From Nemertoderma westbladi (lineage: Eukaryota; Animalia; Xenacoelomorpha): a DNA stretch of 64,000 bases. Positions 23,753 to 36,800 of the stretch are shown here, piece by piece; within the stretch, counting starts at the first letter, position 1, and each line of letters opens with the position of its first letter. The stretch spans positions 196,109 through 260,108 of the forward strand of contig JAUCBJ010000877.1 of assembly GCA_032718475.1 (NCBI GenBank), read 5' to 3'. Made by a program: the position numbers and the translations under genes. Under the pieces are notes generated by a model. It was not told where the DNA came from and made no database searches. It was given only the letters and a program-made list of their open reading frames with translations.

Positions 23753-25544
23753 TCCCGTCGGGAAGTTTCTCTTCGATCCCCTATCCTGCTCTCGTCTTTG
23801 TATCGGTACATCCTGTACCGCTCTCCTGGCGTGCGGTGCGTTTCTCCGGGGCGACGGCAATCTCCCGAAGTTCGACCCCACTCGCTACTAATCTCTCGTG
23901 GTGGGGCGCCCGTAGCCCCCCCCCCCCCCCCCCCCCCACTCGCCACATCTTACTTCACTATCTCTTACTTCACTTTTACACCCCTCTCTAGTCGACGCAC
24001 TGTCTCTACTGCGGCTGGGTCTATTCACCCCCGCCTCTCTTTCTACTACTGCGTGGCCTACCAGGCCCACCTCGGGTTGACTCAACCCCTTCTCTCTCTG
24101 CCTACTAACTACATGGCCTACCAGGCCCTCATTTGCCGGATTATGCACATCCGACACGCTCATATTAATAGCACCATTCCCAATATTATTTGTTAAATCA
24201 ATTAAATCCCCTAAATCAATTAAATTATTAGAATTTGAAACGGGATTATTATTTAAATTATTTAAATTAGAATTATTATTATTTCCTAAATTTAAATTAT
24301 TATTCGAATTATCTGAATTATCCTGAATATTTGAATTAATATTATTATTTGAATTTAAATTTAAATTTAAATTACCGGGTAAAATATTTCCTGTAATAAA
24401 GGGATTAGGGTTATTTACTACGGTACTATTAATATTAACATTTTCTAACCTACTGTCATTACCCCCCCCCCCCCCCCCCGCCCGTACGGTCACACCAGTC
24501 TTGGGTCTGTCGTCCGGTCCCTGAAAGTGGGGTATTAACAAACGTTCCTCTCTCTCCATCCTCACGCAAACCTTGCTTGGCCAACTCTGTCTCTCTCGCA
24601 ACCCTCTCAAGTCTTCTCGCCTCGCGCTCTCTTCGCTCACTCGCCCTTTTTGCCTCGCGCTCTTCACGCTGACACGCCAGATTTATCTCCCACACCCTTC
24701 TTTCTTTTGTGGAGGATGTAGCAGACTTATCGGTTGCGACGGACTCCCGTCGCCCCTCCGTCCTACTAACTTTCCCCCGCTCTCCGGGGTTTCCTTCGAC
24801 TGACGAGACCGAATCCTCGGGGTTAACCTCGGATTCGCCCTCCTGCGGTCTCCTCCAACCCACTAATTTTATTCCCCGGGCATCGACTAAGTATGGCCCT
24901 ATGTACACTACACTAGGCTCCATACCCCTACATTCCCATAACTCGAACAGTTCGCTGGCAACCCCTCTCGCTCTCTCATCGGCTAGTTCTCCCTGCCCAA
25001 AACGCACTAGGAAATCAAAATGTCTGTTCGACTCACCTAGCCGCTTTCCTAACATCACCTGGTCTATCCTGGCCCCTCCCCTAGCTTCCCTCAGTTGCTT
25101 TCGAGTCGCGTTGTAGGCCCGTCGGAGTCGGTCGCTAACCCCGACGTCCTCGTCGCCGACGTATCCTCTATCCCTCCGTGTCCAGCATCGTACCGTCCGC
25201 CCCACCGTCGCCGTTCCGGTGGGCCGTCCGTCGCCCTCGGCCTGTGGCTGGCCGGCGACATCGGTACGTCGACCCTCGCTCCGCGTCGACTCATCTTTCT
25301 CTTCTCCCGACTCGTCTCTCCTTTCTCTCGACTCGTCTTCTGGTTCCAGATGGCCCCCCTCATCCTGAATTGCCGGATCGCCCGTTGTGGATGGCTCCGG
25401 TGTTGTGGGCCGGTACCGTCTAGTCGCGGCCTCGCGGATCGTTAGATTGTCGTCCGGGGTCCGCGGCGGTGTCATCTCTCTCCCTTGGCTCATCTTTGGC
25501 AGTCGCGGCAGGCCTAGAATTAAGACTGTGCCAAAGATACACAA
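23753..25544 (-). pseudogene. BEL-A gag-like ORF, frameshifted at a G/C homopolymer and interrupted by BEL-B
   Basis: ORFs 24459-25544 and 23888-24667 overlap across the poly-C run at about 24462-24483. PEDSVSSV, an R/E coiled coil and an N-rich tract resemble the layout of BEL-B gag. Confidence 0.65.
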
Positions 25545-26699
25545 CTCAGACAGTTCGGCAGCTCTTAGAAATTAAGACTGTGACGGGATCCGAGAGGATC
25601 CCGGTTTATCCGGTGTCGTTTATGTACGCGTCAGGCCACACTGTGTGGTTGGAAAAGAGTTTGTGTTGTTCTAGTGTTGTTGTTAATGATATAAGATATA
25701 TATGTGGTACAATGTACAGATGTAGGTACAATAGCAGATAGCGGTAATACACGTTAATAGACCGGTAATATGGGTGACGGCGGCGACGGTCTTGATTGGC
25801 ACCATACTGCTGTGACTGCACTGAGATAACTGAATGAATGATACGCAACTGGTAGTATATATTGCACGGTTGGCCATATTGCTGTACCCAGTCGATGCTT
25901 CCCCCCTATTGGCTAATAACCCTGTTGTCGCCCTTCTGCTTCCCCTGTAGGGTTTCCCTTCGCCCCTGTTGCTCTCTCTCTCTCTCTCAGGGGTATAACC
26001 CCTGACCCTCATTGTGTGTGTGTGTGCCTTTCTCCTTCCCACTTTGTTGTGGTGACACGAGGTTGATTGCTCACCCTCGTGTTCCCCAATATTGCTTAAC
26101 GGCTCACTTTATGGGGTGGTTAGCGGAATTGGATAAGCTAACATATATTGCTTAAGAGTTCTAAGGGGCGAGCCATGAGGCAAGATGTTTGAGACTTATT
26201 TAGATATATTATTACTTAATTTTGACCCTTCAATCGGTATCTATTACAATATGGGCTATATTTTTTGCAGAGTCACAGAGTAGTCTGAAGTTCCCCAGTC
26301 TGCCGCTAGACCAGTCTATGCCTCAGTGAGGCATAGTGCCTCACTGAGGCATAGACTATGCCTCACTGAGGCACTGAGGCATAGACTATGACTCATAAGG
26401 GTCTAAGGCTGATCATTTGCTTAGTTTTCTAATTAGAAGGTCGTGAGTTCGAACCCTAGAAGAGCATTATTCTTTTTCCTAGCTCTAGGCTGACTCTAGT
26501 GTACACTAGCTTTAACTCTCCCAGCTATAGTGATAGTATGGAACCTTGGGAGTTAATGTGAGTAAAGGCCAAGAGATTAGACTTTAGGTTGCCTCCATTG
26601 ATTCACTCTTCTTAACTTTATAAAATTACTCAACCCTTACTTAAAGTTTTAAAAATTATGACTTAGTCGACCAATTTTCCAAAGTATATTATAAAAACA

Positions 26700-26870
26700 T
26701 ATAATTTCTTGAATAAATAGACCTAATAGTAATAAATATTGTGGGGTAAATACATGTATAATACTAATATATTTATTATGGATAAATAGTCCTAATACTA
26801 ATACAATTGTTATGGATAAATAGTCCTAATACTAATATAATTGTTTTGGATAAATAGACCTAATACTATT
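26700..26870. repeat. ~34-bp AT-rich tandem repeat
   Basis: GGATAAATAG(T/A)CCTAATACTAAT recurs four to five times. Confidence 0.8.
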
Positions 26871-27039
26871 ATGAAAGGAACTCAAACAAACAAATGTCAA
26901 TAGCGTCGTCCTGTGCGGGCATATACTGAACGAGAGTTTTTTTTATCGAAAATTATCGAATTATTATTTTATTTTTTATAATTTATTATTTTATCGAATT
27001 TTCTTCGAAAATTAGTAAAAGCTGGTTGATTTACTTTAC

Positions 27040-27998
27040 TTTCATCTTCCTCATTACCCAACTGTTTCTTAATTTTATTCAATTGTTCATTAATTTTCAG
27101 TAATTTACTTTTATTTCCCAGAACCTGTCTTAATAATATTAAGAAAATGAGGAAAATAGAGAAGAGATATTATCTCTTCTCTATTTTCCTCATTTTCTTC
27201 CATTTGTTTAATAACTTTCCGCATTTGATTTTTGTTTCAATATCTCTTCTTTATTTTCATGTTTCTCTTCTAAATGTTTAATAAATTTCTGTAATTTAAT
27301 TTTACTTCCTAGAACTTGGGTCAATGTCGCCTCTTTATTTTCTTCATTTTCCTTCAAATGTTTAATAATTTTCCGCAATTGATTCTTATTTCCAAGTAAT
27401 TGCCTCTTTATTTCCTCATTATCATCATTTTCATCCTCTTCTCCGCTTCCCTGCCTTCACTTTCTTCACCCTCTTTCTGACCTTCACTTTCTTCATCCTC
27501 TTCCCCGTCTTCACTTTCTTCATCCTCTTCCTGTTCTTCACTTTCTTCATTCTCTTCCTGACCTTCGCTATCTTCACCCTCTTCTTGACCTTCACTTTCT
27601 TCATCCTCTTCCTGATCTTCACTTTCTTCGTTCTCAACTTCACTCTCTTCAACTTCATCCTGACCCTCACTATTTCCATTCTCCATTCATCATCCTCTTC
27701 TTCTCCATCTTTCTCACTCAAATTTTCCTCATTTTCTAGGGGTAACTATTTTTGTATCCCTTTCAAAATATTCATAACTTTATGAAATTTATTTTCCATT
27801 GTTTGTTTTATATTTAATATATCACGCTCATCTCTCTTTTTCTTTTCATCTTCACTAAAAATATCTTCGGATTTTTTTAAATTTTTTTGGTAACGGAGCC
27901 ATTAGTTTTTCCTTTCTTCTATGTGTTTCCATATGACGAGATAAATTGTCTTGTCTCATTTCTTTATTACAAACCAAACAACTTTCATGTCTATGCAT
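27040..27998 (-). pseudogene. Decayed C2H2 zinc finger / acidic repeat / coiled-coil ORF of the host DNA element
   Basis: 27998-27855 translates as MHRHESCLVCNKEMRQDNLSRHMETHRRK... (CxxC-x11-HxxxH). It is followed in shifted frames by EEDEESEGQ-type repeats (27408-27686) and repeated LLGNKNQLRKIIKHL-like helices. Confidence 0.6.
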
Positions 27999-28159
27999 TA
28001 TAGCAATGTCAATTGATATTATTGAATTTTAGCTAAATGATTTTACAAAATTTTAAATAAATACAACTTTTACGAAAATAAATAAAACTTTTTAATATAA
28101 AACTTAGAGAATGACTGGGAATGCGTTGAACGGGGGCTATTATAGAGGGAGGCTAGAAT

Positions 28160-28245
28160 GGATTATCCAATCAGAGTGCGAGGGTGAGTTAGGCAGCCAA
28201 TCAGGACTCGAGGGAGGAAAGTTAGACAGCCAATGAGAGAGCAGA
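28160..28245. promoter_or_regulatory. Cluster of three CCAAT boxes upstream of the zinc-finger ORF
   Basis: TCCAATCAG, AGCCAATCAG and AGCCAATGAG spaced about 30 bp apart, as in NF-Y-type promoters. Confidence 0.45.
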
Positions 28246-29794
28246 TGCGAGTACAGTGGTAAAGCGCCCGCCCATCCATGGTGAGAGAGGGCTGTTGCGC
28301 TGTCAGTCAGAGAGGTAACAGCCCTTGGGGTAAGGATTTACCTCTGGGACCTTGTAAAAGCTTTTGCGTAATTAGCCAGTTATTTTCCCGTAAAGTACTC
28401 TGTAGTTGGTGTTTTAGAGGACATAAAAGCCATTTCTTCTGTATGTGTACTTTAAAGGACATAATCCGTAATTTCGTGACGCAATAGCTGGATACTCTTG
28501 AAAACAGTGTCGCTACCATGACGACGGCTAACAGCTGATATTGCCACGTAGAACATTTCTTTGTTTCTTTGTTCTCTCTTAGTTCAGTCAGCCAATCAGA
28601 GCATTTTTATGGCTCTTGTAGAGAAATTTCCTAGAAATCACGCAATGCTGTATGGGCAGTGTTATCATTCAGTCCTGAGCGAAGGAAGAACGGCTTTGGA
28701 GTATTTTTGTGCTTTTCTGCTTTAGCCTTACACTAGTAGGCTTAATTATAAGGACATATATCCGTTATCAAACCAACTGGGTAACTCAATGTTATCTGCA
28801 CTGGTTAACACTGGTTAACTGGCCCATACTGTGCAACTTAACTTAACATTACTGCTTTGCTGTCGGTTATTCATTATATTTGTTGATGAATTATTATATT
28901 TGGAATAACGAGAAATAACCCCGAAACCCAATATTCTTGATATACCGAAGGTAAGAGAGAAAGGTTACATATAACGATTGCGACTTATGTTAAAGTGGTT
29001 TGAAGTGAATCTAATGTTATTTGATAGACCCTACATGAGTCGGTCTGTGTTCCTTTTATACGTGACTAAAATCAGTGAAGATCGGCAGATTAGTATGCAG
29101 TATTGTGCAGCATTGTGTATGAGTGAGACTGATAACGAAGCATTTCCTAAAGAATGCGCCATATATGTGAATTGTAACTAAGCCATATCGTTGTGAGTAG
29201 TTTAAGTCATAACTCTGTTTATATAGATAGAGCGCCACGTCCTAAAGGAACTGTTAATATTCCCCGAAGGTGAATAATATTGTCAGAGATTATATAATAC
29301 TGTCAGTCGAATAATACATTAGGCTTACATAGCAATACGATTAAGCCGTCGAAGTCAATCTCCCGGGTATATCCAACGGGTGAATGATCGCGCACAGATT
29401 GGTTTCAACTAGTGTAGTGAATCAAATACTTGTCAGAGGCTAAAGCGATTTATTATCTAGAAGACATCCTAATTTGGCGGGTTAAACTGCCAAAAGTCTG
29501 AAAGCGCGAACAATAACGGATATAGCTTCTGTATTGCAGTAGGCAATAAAGCGGAAGTACCGGCAACCGGTACCCAGTAGGCCTGACTACCTAACAGCCT
29601 AACCACCCGGACCGGTACCTACAGCAGTACAGGTACAGCAGTATTATTCGATTTTGATAGTTATATACCGGTAGGCCTTAATAATTAATCAGGGAGGGCC
29701 CGCCCTGGTTTTTTATTGAGATTTTTACTTATTTCTGTCAAGTTGTAGGCCGATATTGAACAGAAGGCGTGTAAGCCTGATCAGATTGTACAGA

Positions 29795-30368
29795 CAATTT
29801 GTAGGCTGAGCTGTTGTCTGATTGTTGTTAAGTCTGAACGGATTGCAGTGTGTGTAGATCACCTGTCCGATAAAGAACGGTTAGGAAGTAGGGGCAGCCA
29901 ATGCTGTAAGGTAAACCCCCAACTAAAGAATAAGTCGTACTACTGTGTTAGAACGCATACTACCTAATCATTTCGGAGTCTGCATGTCCTGTAGTTTATT
30001 TAGGCTTGAGAGTAGTCTGCCATCGTTTAGTCTGTACTTTGTTTGTGTAAGTCTGTACGGGTAGCGTATAATATTTATTTAGATAATTTGTAGGCTGGAT
30101 AGTTGTCTGGCTGTTATTAGGTCTGAACGGATTGCAGTGTGTGTAGAGCCTCTGTCCGATAAAGAACGGTTAGGAAGTAGGGGCAGCCAATGCTGTAAGG
30201 TAAACCCCCAACTAAAGAATAAGTCGTACTACTGGGTTAGAACGCATACTACCTAATCATTTCGGAGTCTGCATGTCCTGTAGTTTATTTAGGCTTGATA
30301 GTAGTCTGTCAGTGTTTGGTCTGCATTTTGTTTGAGTGGTTTGTACGCGTAGCGTAATATTTATTATT
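29795..30368. repeat. Two tandem copies of a ~289-bp unit in the BEL-C leader
   Basis: TTAGGAAGTAGGGGCAGCCAATG at 29881 and 30170, with matching flanks. Confidence 0.9.
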
Positions 30369-30769
30369 CAGAGTTTATGCGATTATTCGCAACATTCATT
30401 CCCCAAGTTTGTTCCTACAATAATTGTGTTTGTTATACATACCGCTATAGTTAAATTAACCCCGGTACTACACGGGCTGCTTGGCGTAGGTAAAGACTGG
30501 TGATTTTGTGCACCGGTCACTCCAGCAGATGCCGTGGTTCTTTTAGCTGTTCAAGTATATTTAACTACTGATTATATGTTATACAAGTACTTGTACCTAA
30601 TTTAGGGTTTAGTGTACAGTACTTTCCGAAAGTAATTAGTGTAGGCATTATATTTGTGTTGTAAAGTGGTTGATAGGCACGTTCGATTAGCTCTATTAAC
30701 TTCTAGGTAGGGACACTCCGTGATATTGACGTATTTTTTCCAAGAAATAATTTTACGGCACAGAATAAC

Positions 30770-32960
30770 TAATGCAAATTGAAATTGAAATTATACAGAC
30801 CAACCATTTACAAATAAACAATTACGGCAATAAAAAATATCGTCCAATTATTATGACTTCAAATACAAACAATTTAATCCTAATTAATATAATCTAAACT
30901 AATATAATCTTACCTAATTTAATTAATCCATACTATCTAAAACACGCTCTATATACTTACACATTACATACAATTCCTTACTCTGAAAAAATTCCGGTAA
31001 TGATGAAAAAATAAGATTGGTGTGAAAATAGGGGGTAACACGAAACGGTTTGGAAATGGGACAATGAAGGAGAACGTGTGTCTCTGTCTGCACCGATTGG
31101 TTATCACAGCGGCACACACGGTTCTCTCTCGGCAGCCTTGACCACCTTCCAGTCTCAATTTTCAAATTATGGGACATAACTCTCAATCGAGTAAAATAAA
31201 TACGTAAGTAATCCGGCACAAAAGGTCTCAGACATGTATATATTGGATGTGGAACTAAGGCAATGTTAAACTGACTACGGTAGGTTACAAACTTTGTAGC
31301 TGACAAAGGTTTAGACATAATTCTACTTCGTATCTCATCCAGTGGATTGATGTTATCTGCAAAATGTTGTGCCTCAGTTAGCATTCGGAAACCTGGTGTA
31401 TTCGCGCTTCGGCATAGATTAAACACTTTGTGAAAAGGTAACTCTTTATCTACTACTTTAAACATTCTACTCATAAAACGTTTCCTCGCTCGCATAATTA
31501 AATACTTCAATGTGGGAGTACCAATTTCTATTAAGCAAACATCTGTAGGTGTCTGGGACCTAACACCAAGTAAACTTTTCACCATTCTGTAATAGTATTT
31601 CTCTATTTGTACAGTATTTTTTGATAACCAAGCTTCACATCCGTAAATCAGGCCGGACAATACAGCAGCGTCAAATACACGTTTCTTAATAACAAACGGC
31701 AAACTGGTATTTGCACTCGCAAAAATACTAAATTTATTTACCGTTGCCTCGCACTTTAACTGATGCAAATTAATTGTACTATGCACACTACCATCTGAAC
31801 AGAAAGGTACACCCAGATATATATAACTATTACAATAGTTAACAACAAGGTTATTAATAACAAAGGGCATTTTATCACTAGCCTTGGCATTGATGACGAA
31901 GAACTTAGTTTTTTTCTCATTAATTTCCATACCTGACTCCTTGCAGTAGTCAAGTAAAGCATTTAATTTCAACAATGCACAATGCCGGGTAGTAGATAAA
32001 ATTACCGTGTCATCCATTAGCAGTAATATTTGGACTACACCTAAAAACCCATCACTGCTCACGGCAGAGCGAATCATATGCACCAATTTATCTATATATA
32101 TACAGAACAGTACAACACTAGATGGCGTACCTTGACGGACACCAATAACAGTAATCAAAACAGCCGATTTTAATACATGCTTAGTACACTTATATATTGC
32201 TTGTATGGCTAATAACATAACCCTCCCGCAACCTAGTGATCTTAAACAATTTAATAAACCATGCCGCGGAACTCGGTCGTAAGCCTTTTTAAAATCAACA
32301 AATACTACAAACAATTGTTGTTTATTAAACAAAGCATAGTCTATAAGTAGGCGCAGCGACATTATTTGCTCTAAACACCCCCGCTTTGGCTGCCCTCCAG
32401 CCTGACATTTATCAATCGTACACCATTTCGTTAACCTATTCGTAAGTAACAAATCATACACTTTGGCAAGTGTCGTAATTATAGAGATTCCTCTATAATT
32501 ACCACACATTTTACGATCCCCCGACTTAAATAAAACAACTAACTTACTAATTCCCCATGCGATAGGATACCAAGATCTGCTAAACAGAATATTAAATAAT
32601 GACAGAAAAAACAATAACCAAGACGCTGGTAATGCTGTGAAAATACCCGGGTCGACTCCAATATAACCTTTCCCTGTTTTTAGGTCTGCCATCGCTTCAG
32701 CTAACTCTCTGTCACTAAACGGGTCGTCCAGAATCGGAATATACGGTTGCGAGTCCGTTTGTAATTCAGGCGCTTCAGCGCCAGTGGCAGCAGATAAGTC
32801 GCCGCCCAAAAGGCTGTTGAAATGATTGACAAACTCCTCGTTGTTTGGGGTATCCGCTGCTCCGTCGGCGCTAATAGAACCCTTCCAATTTATAGCCCTC
32901 CATATCTTTTCAGAGTCGTTGCCCTCTGTCAATCGTTCCCAACGATAAACACCATCAGAA
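30770..32960 (-). mobile_element. 5'-truncated RTEX-like LINE (RT plus C-terminal zinc motif) inserted in BEL-C
   Basis: ORF 30923-32932: NYRGISI, FVDFKKAYD, GVRQG, LLMDD, SHNLKIETGRW...CRC...ETHVLLHC. Tail (AATTTC)n at about 30776-30792. No TSD found, so boundaries are approximate. Confidence 0.88.
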
Positions 32961-33809
32961 GATCCCTTAGATACATAACGTAGTACCTATAGCGATACGG
33001 CTATAGGTCGTCAGGCGGTGGTATTTTCCTATCTGGACAACGCAGTGTATTTACTACTACGTATTATTTTCAAATACCGCAGTACCCTGTCCGTTGTAAT
33101 AACCAGAATTCTAACCCTTTGTTAGGCTGGTTTGTAGACTTCTTGTAAAATTACCCTAAAAATTCGTATTTTGTGTTTTTTGTAAATTTTTGTGTTTATT
33201 TAGAGATTGTAATCTCACCCGAATTGTACGTAATTTGTAGTATTAAGTAACTTAGGTAAATTAGAATTATTTGTTTTAGTGTCCTATAAGTAACACTTCA
33301 CTGAAAGCGCACCGCTTTGTGTAGTGATTACTCCCCAGAAATAATAACATTTATTTCAAACATTGACAAACCCATTAAAACGGGTATATATATATTATAA
33401 ATCAAATCTAACGATTTATAAATAGTAGGCCTGCCATACAACAATTAGGTCTCAATATCAGTTGGACTACTGCTTAAATAACGGTAATAAAGTAAGTTAA
33501 AGTAACCAAGTAACCCTTAAAATTCAGAAATTCAATTATTCTAAAATAATTGACATACCGGTATCCACGATAGGCCTATTATATATTTATATATATTTGT
33601 GCTAAAATTATATACCGGTTTCTGTGAAAAACCTAGTCTGTAATAATACTTATATATACCATAAGCATACCGGTATTCTAATATTATATATATCACGCTA
33701 CACTGAGTAGCAGTATCGGTAATTAATTACTAGGCTAGCAGTTAATACTGAATTACTAGACTTGCTTGGACTGTAATATAGCAGTAGGCATTCAACTGTA
33801 CAACCAAAC

Positions 33810-36800
33810 ATGTCTGACTCACAACAAACATTGTCAGATAGTCTCTTAGAGGGTGTTAGAATGAGTATTAGACTTAGACAGCGTCTTAAAAGGATCTGTG
33901 ACCAAGATCAAAGTATGGAACATCCCAGACCAAAGTCTAAGTCCCCTCCTACTGTGCGAAAGATCATCCCTCAAGTAGTAGTATCAGACCCTAGGCTAGT
34001 CCAACATCGTAGGTCTATCATAGGCACTCGAGCTCAGGTCAAGCGGGACCAAGAAGCAGCGGAACCTCAACAACCCGCGAGCCAAGAACTTACTTCTCAA
34101 CGGCCTGATAGCTCCAGTAGTTCGGATACTGTTGAGCGGACTCCCGAACGCGGAGCGAAGATGGCGGATAAGGTTTATGATGAGCGGCCAACCTATGAAG
34201 AATCAACCGACGCCACTTCTTCTCAAGAAGAAAGCGAAGTGACAGCAGAGAAACCGCATAAGAGGGATGCTATTGACATCTATCTGTCAGACTATCAACG
34301 CTTTGTAGGAGATGAAGAGTTGAGGAGAAGGCTGGAGGGGCTTAGCCCTAATAGTGAAGGAACAAAGCTTGTGCTGGACGCAATCGATGCGGAAATGTTA
34401 GCGGCGAACCAAGCTAAATTCGATGAACAACTCCGCATCACACGAGTCCAAGAAGAACAAGTAAAGAAAAAACGTATAGAAGACAGAAAGAAAGCAGCAG
34501 TGGTAGCTGCAGAAGCAGAAAGAAAGGCGGCAGCGGCCAAGGCAAAAGCGGCAGAGGCAGCGGCAGAGGCAAAAGCGGCAGAGGCAGCGGCAGAGGCAGC
34601 GGCAGAGGCAAAAGTGGCAGAAGCAGAACGGAAAGCGGCTGAAGAAACCACCCAATTAGAATTGGAAAACATTCAGGAGAATCAAGACTGCATAAATAAA
34701 CAGTTAGCAGCTAGTAATATGCAGATGATGAATCGATCTACTCCCAAAAGACAGGGATATACATCATCTGAGGAAGGCGATACCACCGATACTGAAGGCA
34801 AAGGAAATAGATCTCGTCTAAGCAGACGTAAAAGAACATTCCACCGTCAGAAATTGCCTGATTTGCCTCCAGCTGTTAGAAGGCAACTAAATAGCACCAA
34901 CTTAGGTAGTACAGAACCCACAGACCAAATAATTAAAATAGAAAGACTCCCTACTATAGTAGATGAGCCTGAAATAATTAGGCCTGTTCTTGAAATCACC
35001 CCTTCGGTGATAGACACACCTGTGCTCCCTGAAGTTACCTCTAAATTCCCTCTGCACAGCACTAAGCTACCTGTGCCCAGTAGAACAGCCCATGAGGCAG
35101 TTCAGGTCCTGGACCCCGAGCGAAATATTCCTGATTTGTCGCCCGTTGTCCCTCGTCCGCCCGCTACAACGTTGGCGACTCCCGCTTCGGCGGTCGAATG
35201 GGTGGACGAGAGACGGCGGGGGATGGATCTCCTGCTCGGGCAGATGCAGGAGACTGTTCAACAATTCAAAGGCACAGTAAGGGAAAGTAGGCTAGAGTTG
35301 CAAGAAGTGCAGCAAAGTATCGCGCTAGAACGCGATAAATTAGTAAATACACAAAAGGGTATACCACCACCCTCTGTAACAATGTGTCAACCTGTTAGGT
35401 CTGAAGTATCGCATGCGCAAGGTGTGGAGCCTACACGCATCTATACTGCTAGCGAAGTAGAAACTCCTATAGTGAACCCTATTAAGGGTAATTATAGACC
35501 TGTTGATAAGGATATTCCATATAGAACGGATCATAATCCGAGAAATTTATATACCGATAACTCGATATTAAATAACACGATGGCCCAAGAAAGTTTTACG
35601 CGTCAAATGGCTAGAACCGAAGCCCGGCAAGCGGTAAAGGTGGGAGAGATCGTCAAGTTCAATGGAGATGAGATGAAATGGTTACCTTTTAATGAATATT
35701 ACAAAGATAACATACAGAACTCTGTGCTATCTAATGGAGAGAAACTTAGATTCCTCATCGAGTGTTTGGAAGGATCTCCCAAGTTAATGGCGTTAAAGTT
35801 TATTGGACATCCAGACGGATTAAGACAAGTTTGGGATACACTTAACATCAGGTATGGTAATAGGAATAACATAGCTGGGTACTTGTATGCAAAGTTGGTA
35901 GCGCCCCGAAAGTTTATTAGCAGCGGAATTATAGAGTTTTCCGATGAGATTCAGGAGATCTGCAGACAATTAGATTGGCTAGGTAAGTCTCATGAGTATC
36001 AGAACACTATGGTTATTAGAGCAGTAGCTTCTACTTTACCGAAGGGTGGAGTAGGTACACGCTGGGATAAGAAAGTGTTATATATGATGGAACAACAACG
36101 AAGAGACCCTACCATGGCTGATCTCATGTCATTCTTAGATATAGAAGTGAAATTACAGCTCCTAAGGCAGTCCAGAGAGAAGACATTGGAAAACAAGGTA
36201 AGTGAGAAACCCGTTTCTAGGAGAAGGGTAACACCAATGTGTTATACAGACGACGGCGAAAGCCTAACCTCTCAAGGAGAGGACAGCGGGAAAGACACTG
36301 AAAGATCTTATTATGTCAATAAAACGCCTAAAGACCAGGTAAGTAAATCCAAGTCTCGACCCAATGACAGAAGGGAACCGGTACAAAAAACCCCTCCTAC
36401 GTCTCCTAAAAGAATTCAGGTGAGAAAGTCCGAGGAAAGAACAAGTGTGCACCACATAGCACAGGTTAAAGTAAGTAACATCAAGCCGAAATGTGTGCTG
36501 TGCGACGGGCCCCACCGTTTAAATGCGTGTGATAAATTCCTGAGGAAATCACTAAAGGATAGACGTGAAGTCATGTGGGATAAGCGGTTGTGTTATAATT
36601 GCCTCAGACGAGGACACCAACGGCGAACCTGTTACTCCGACGCAAGGTGTGCAAAGTGCGGCGCAAAACATCATATCTTGTTGCACACGGAATTCGAACG
36701 AAACAGCCCGAGTCAGGTAAGTGAGTCCGAACTACATGTCCAATTCAGTGATGTGAACGACACTGATCAATCTGAGATGGAAGGATTATATACGGACGAG

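Larger units (their letters stand above)
10223..26143 (-). mobile_element. Non-autonomous LTR retrotransposon (BEL/Pao-like, element BEL-A)
   Basis: LTRs 10223-10783 and 25579-26143 (TG...CA, highly similar), 5-bp TSD TATAT, PPT GGGGGGGAG next to 10783 on the minus strand. Gag-like ORF with PEDSVS plus coiled coil; no recognisable pol. The BEL assignment rests on TSD length and the gag motif. Confidence 0.9.

Noticed and set aside
24459-24485. Recoding at the poly-C/G run in BEL-A gag
   Set aside because: Long homopolymers recur across the window (23916, 49416, 53197, 59127) and are prone to slippage and sequencing length errors.
28278-29238. Small ORFs repeated at 41011-42017
   Set aside because: They are duplicated only because they lie in the BEL-C LTRs; no coding evidence.
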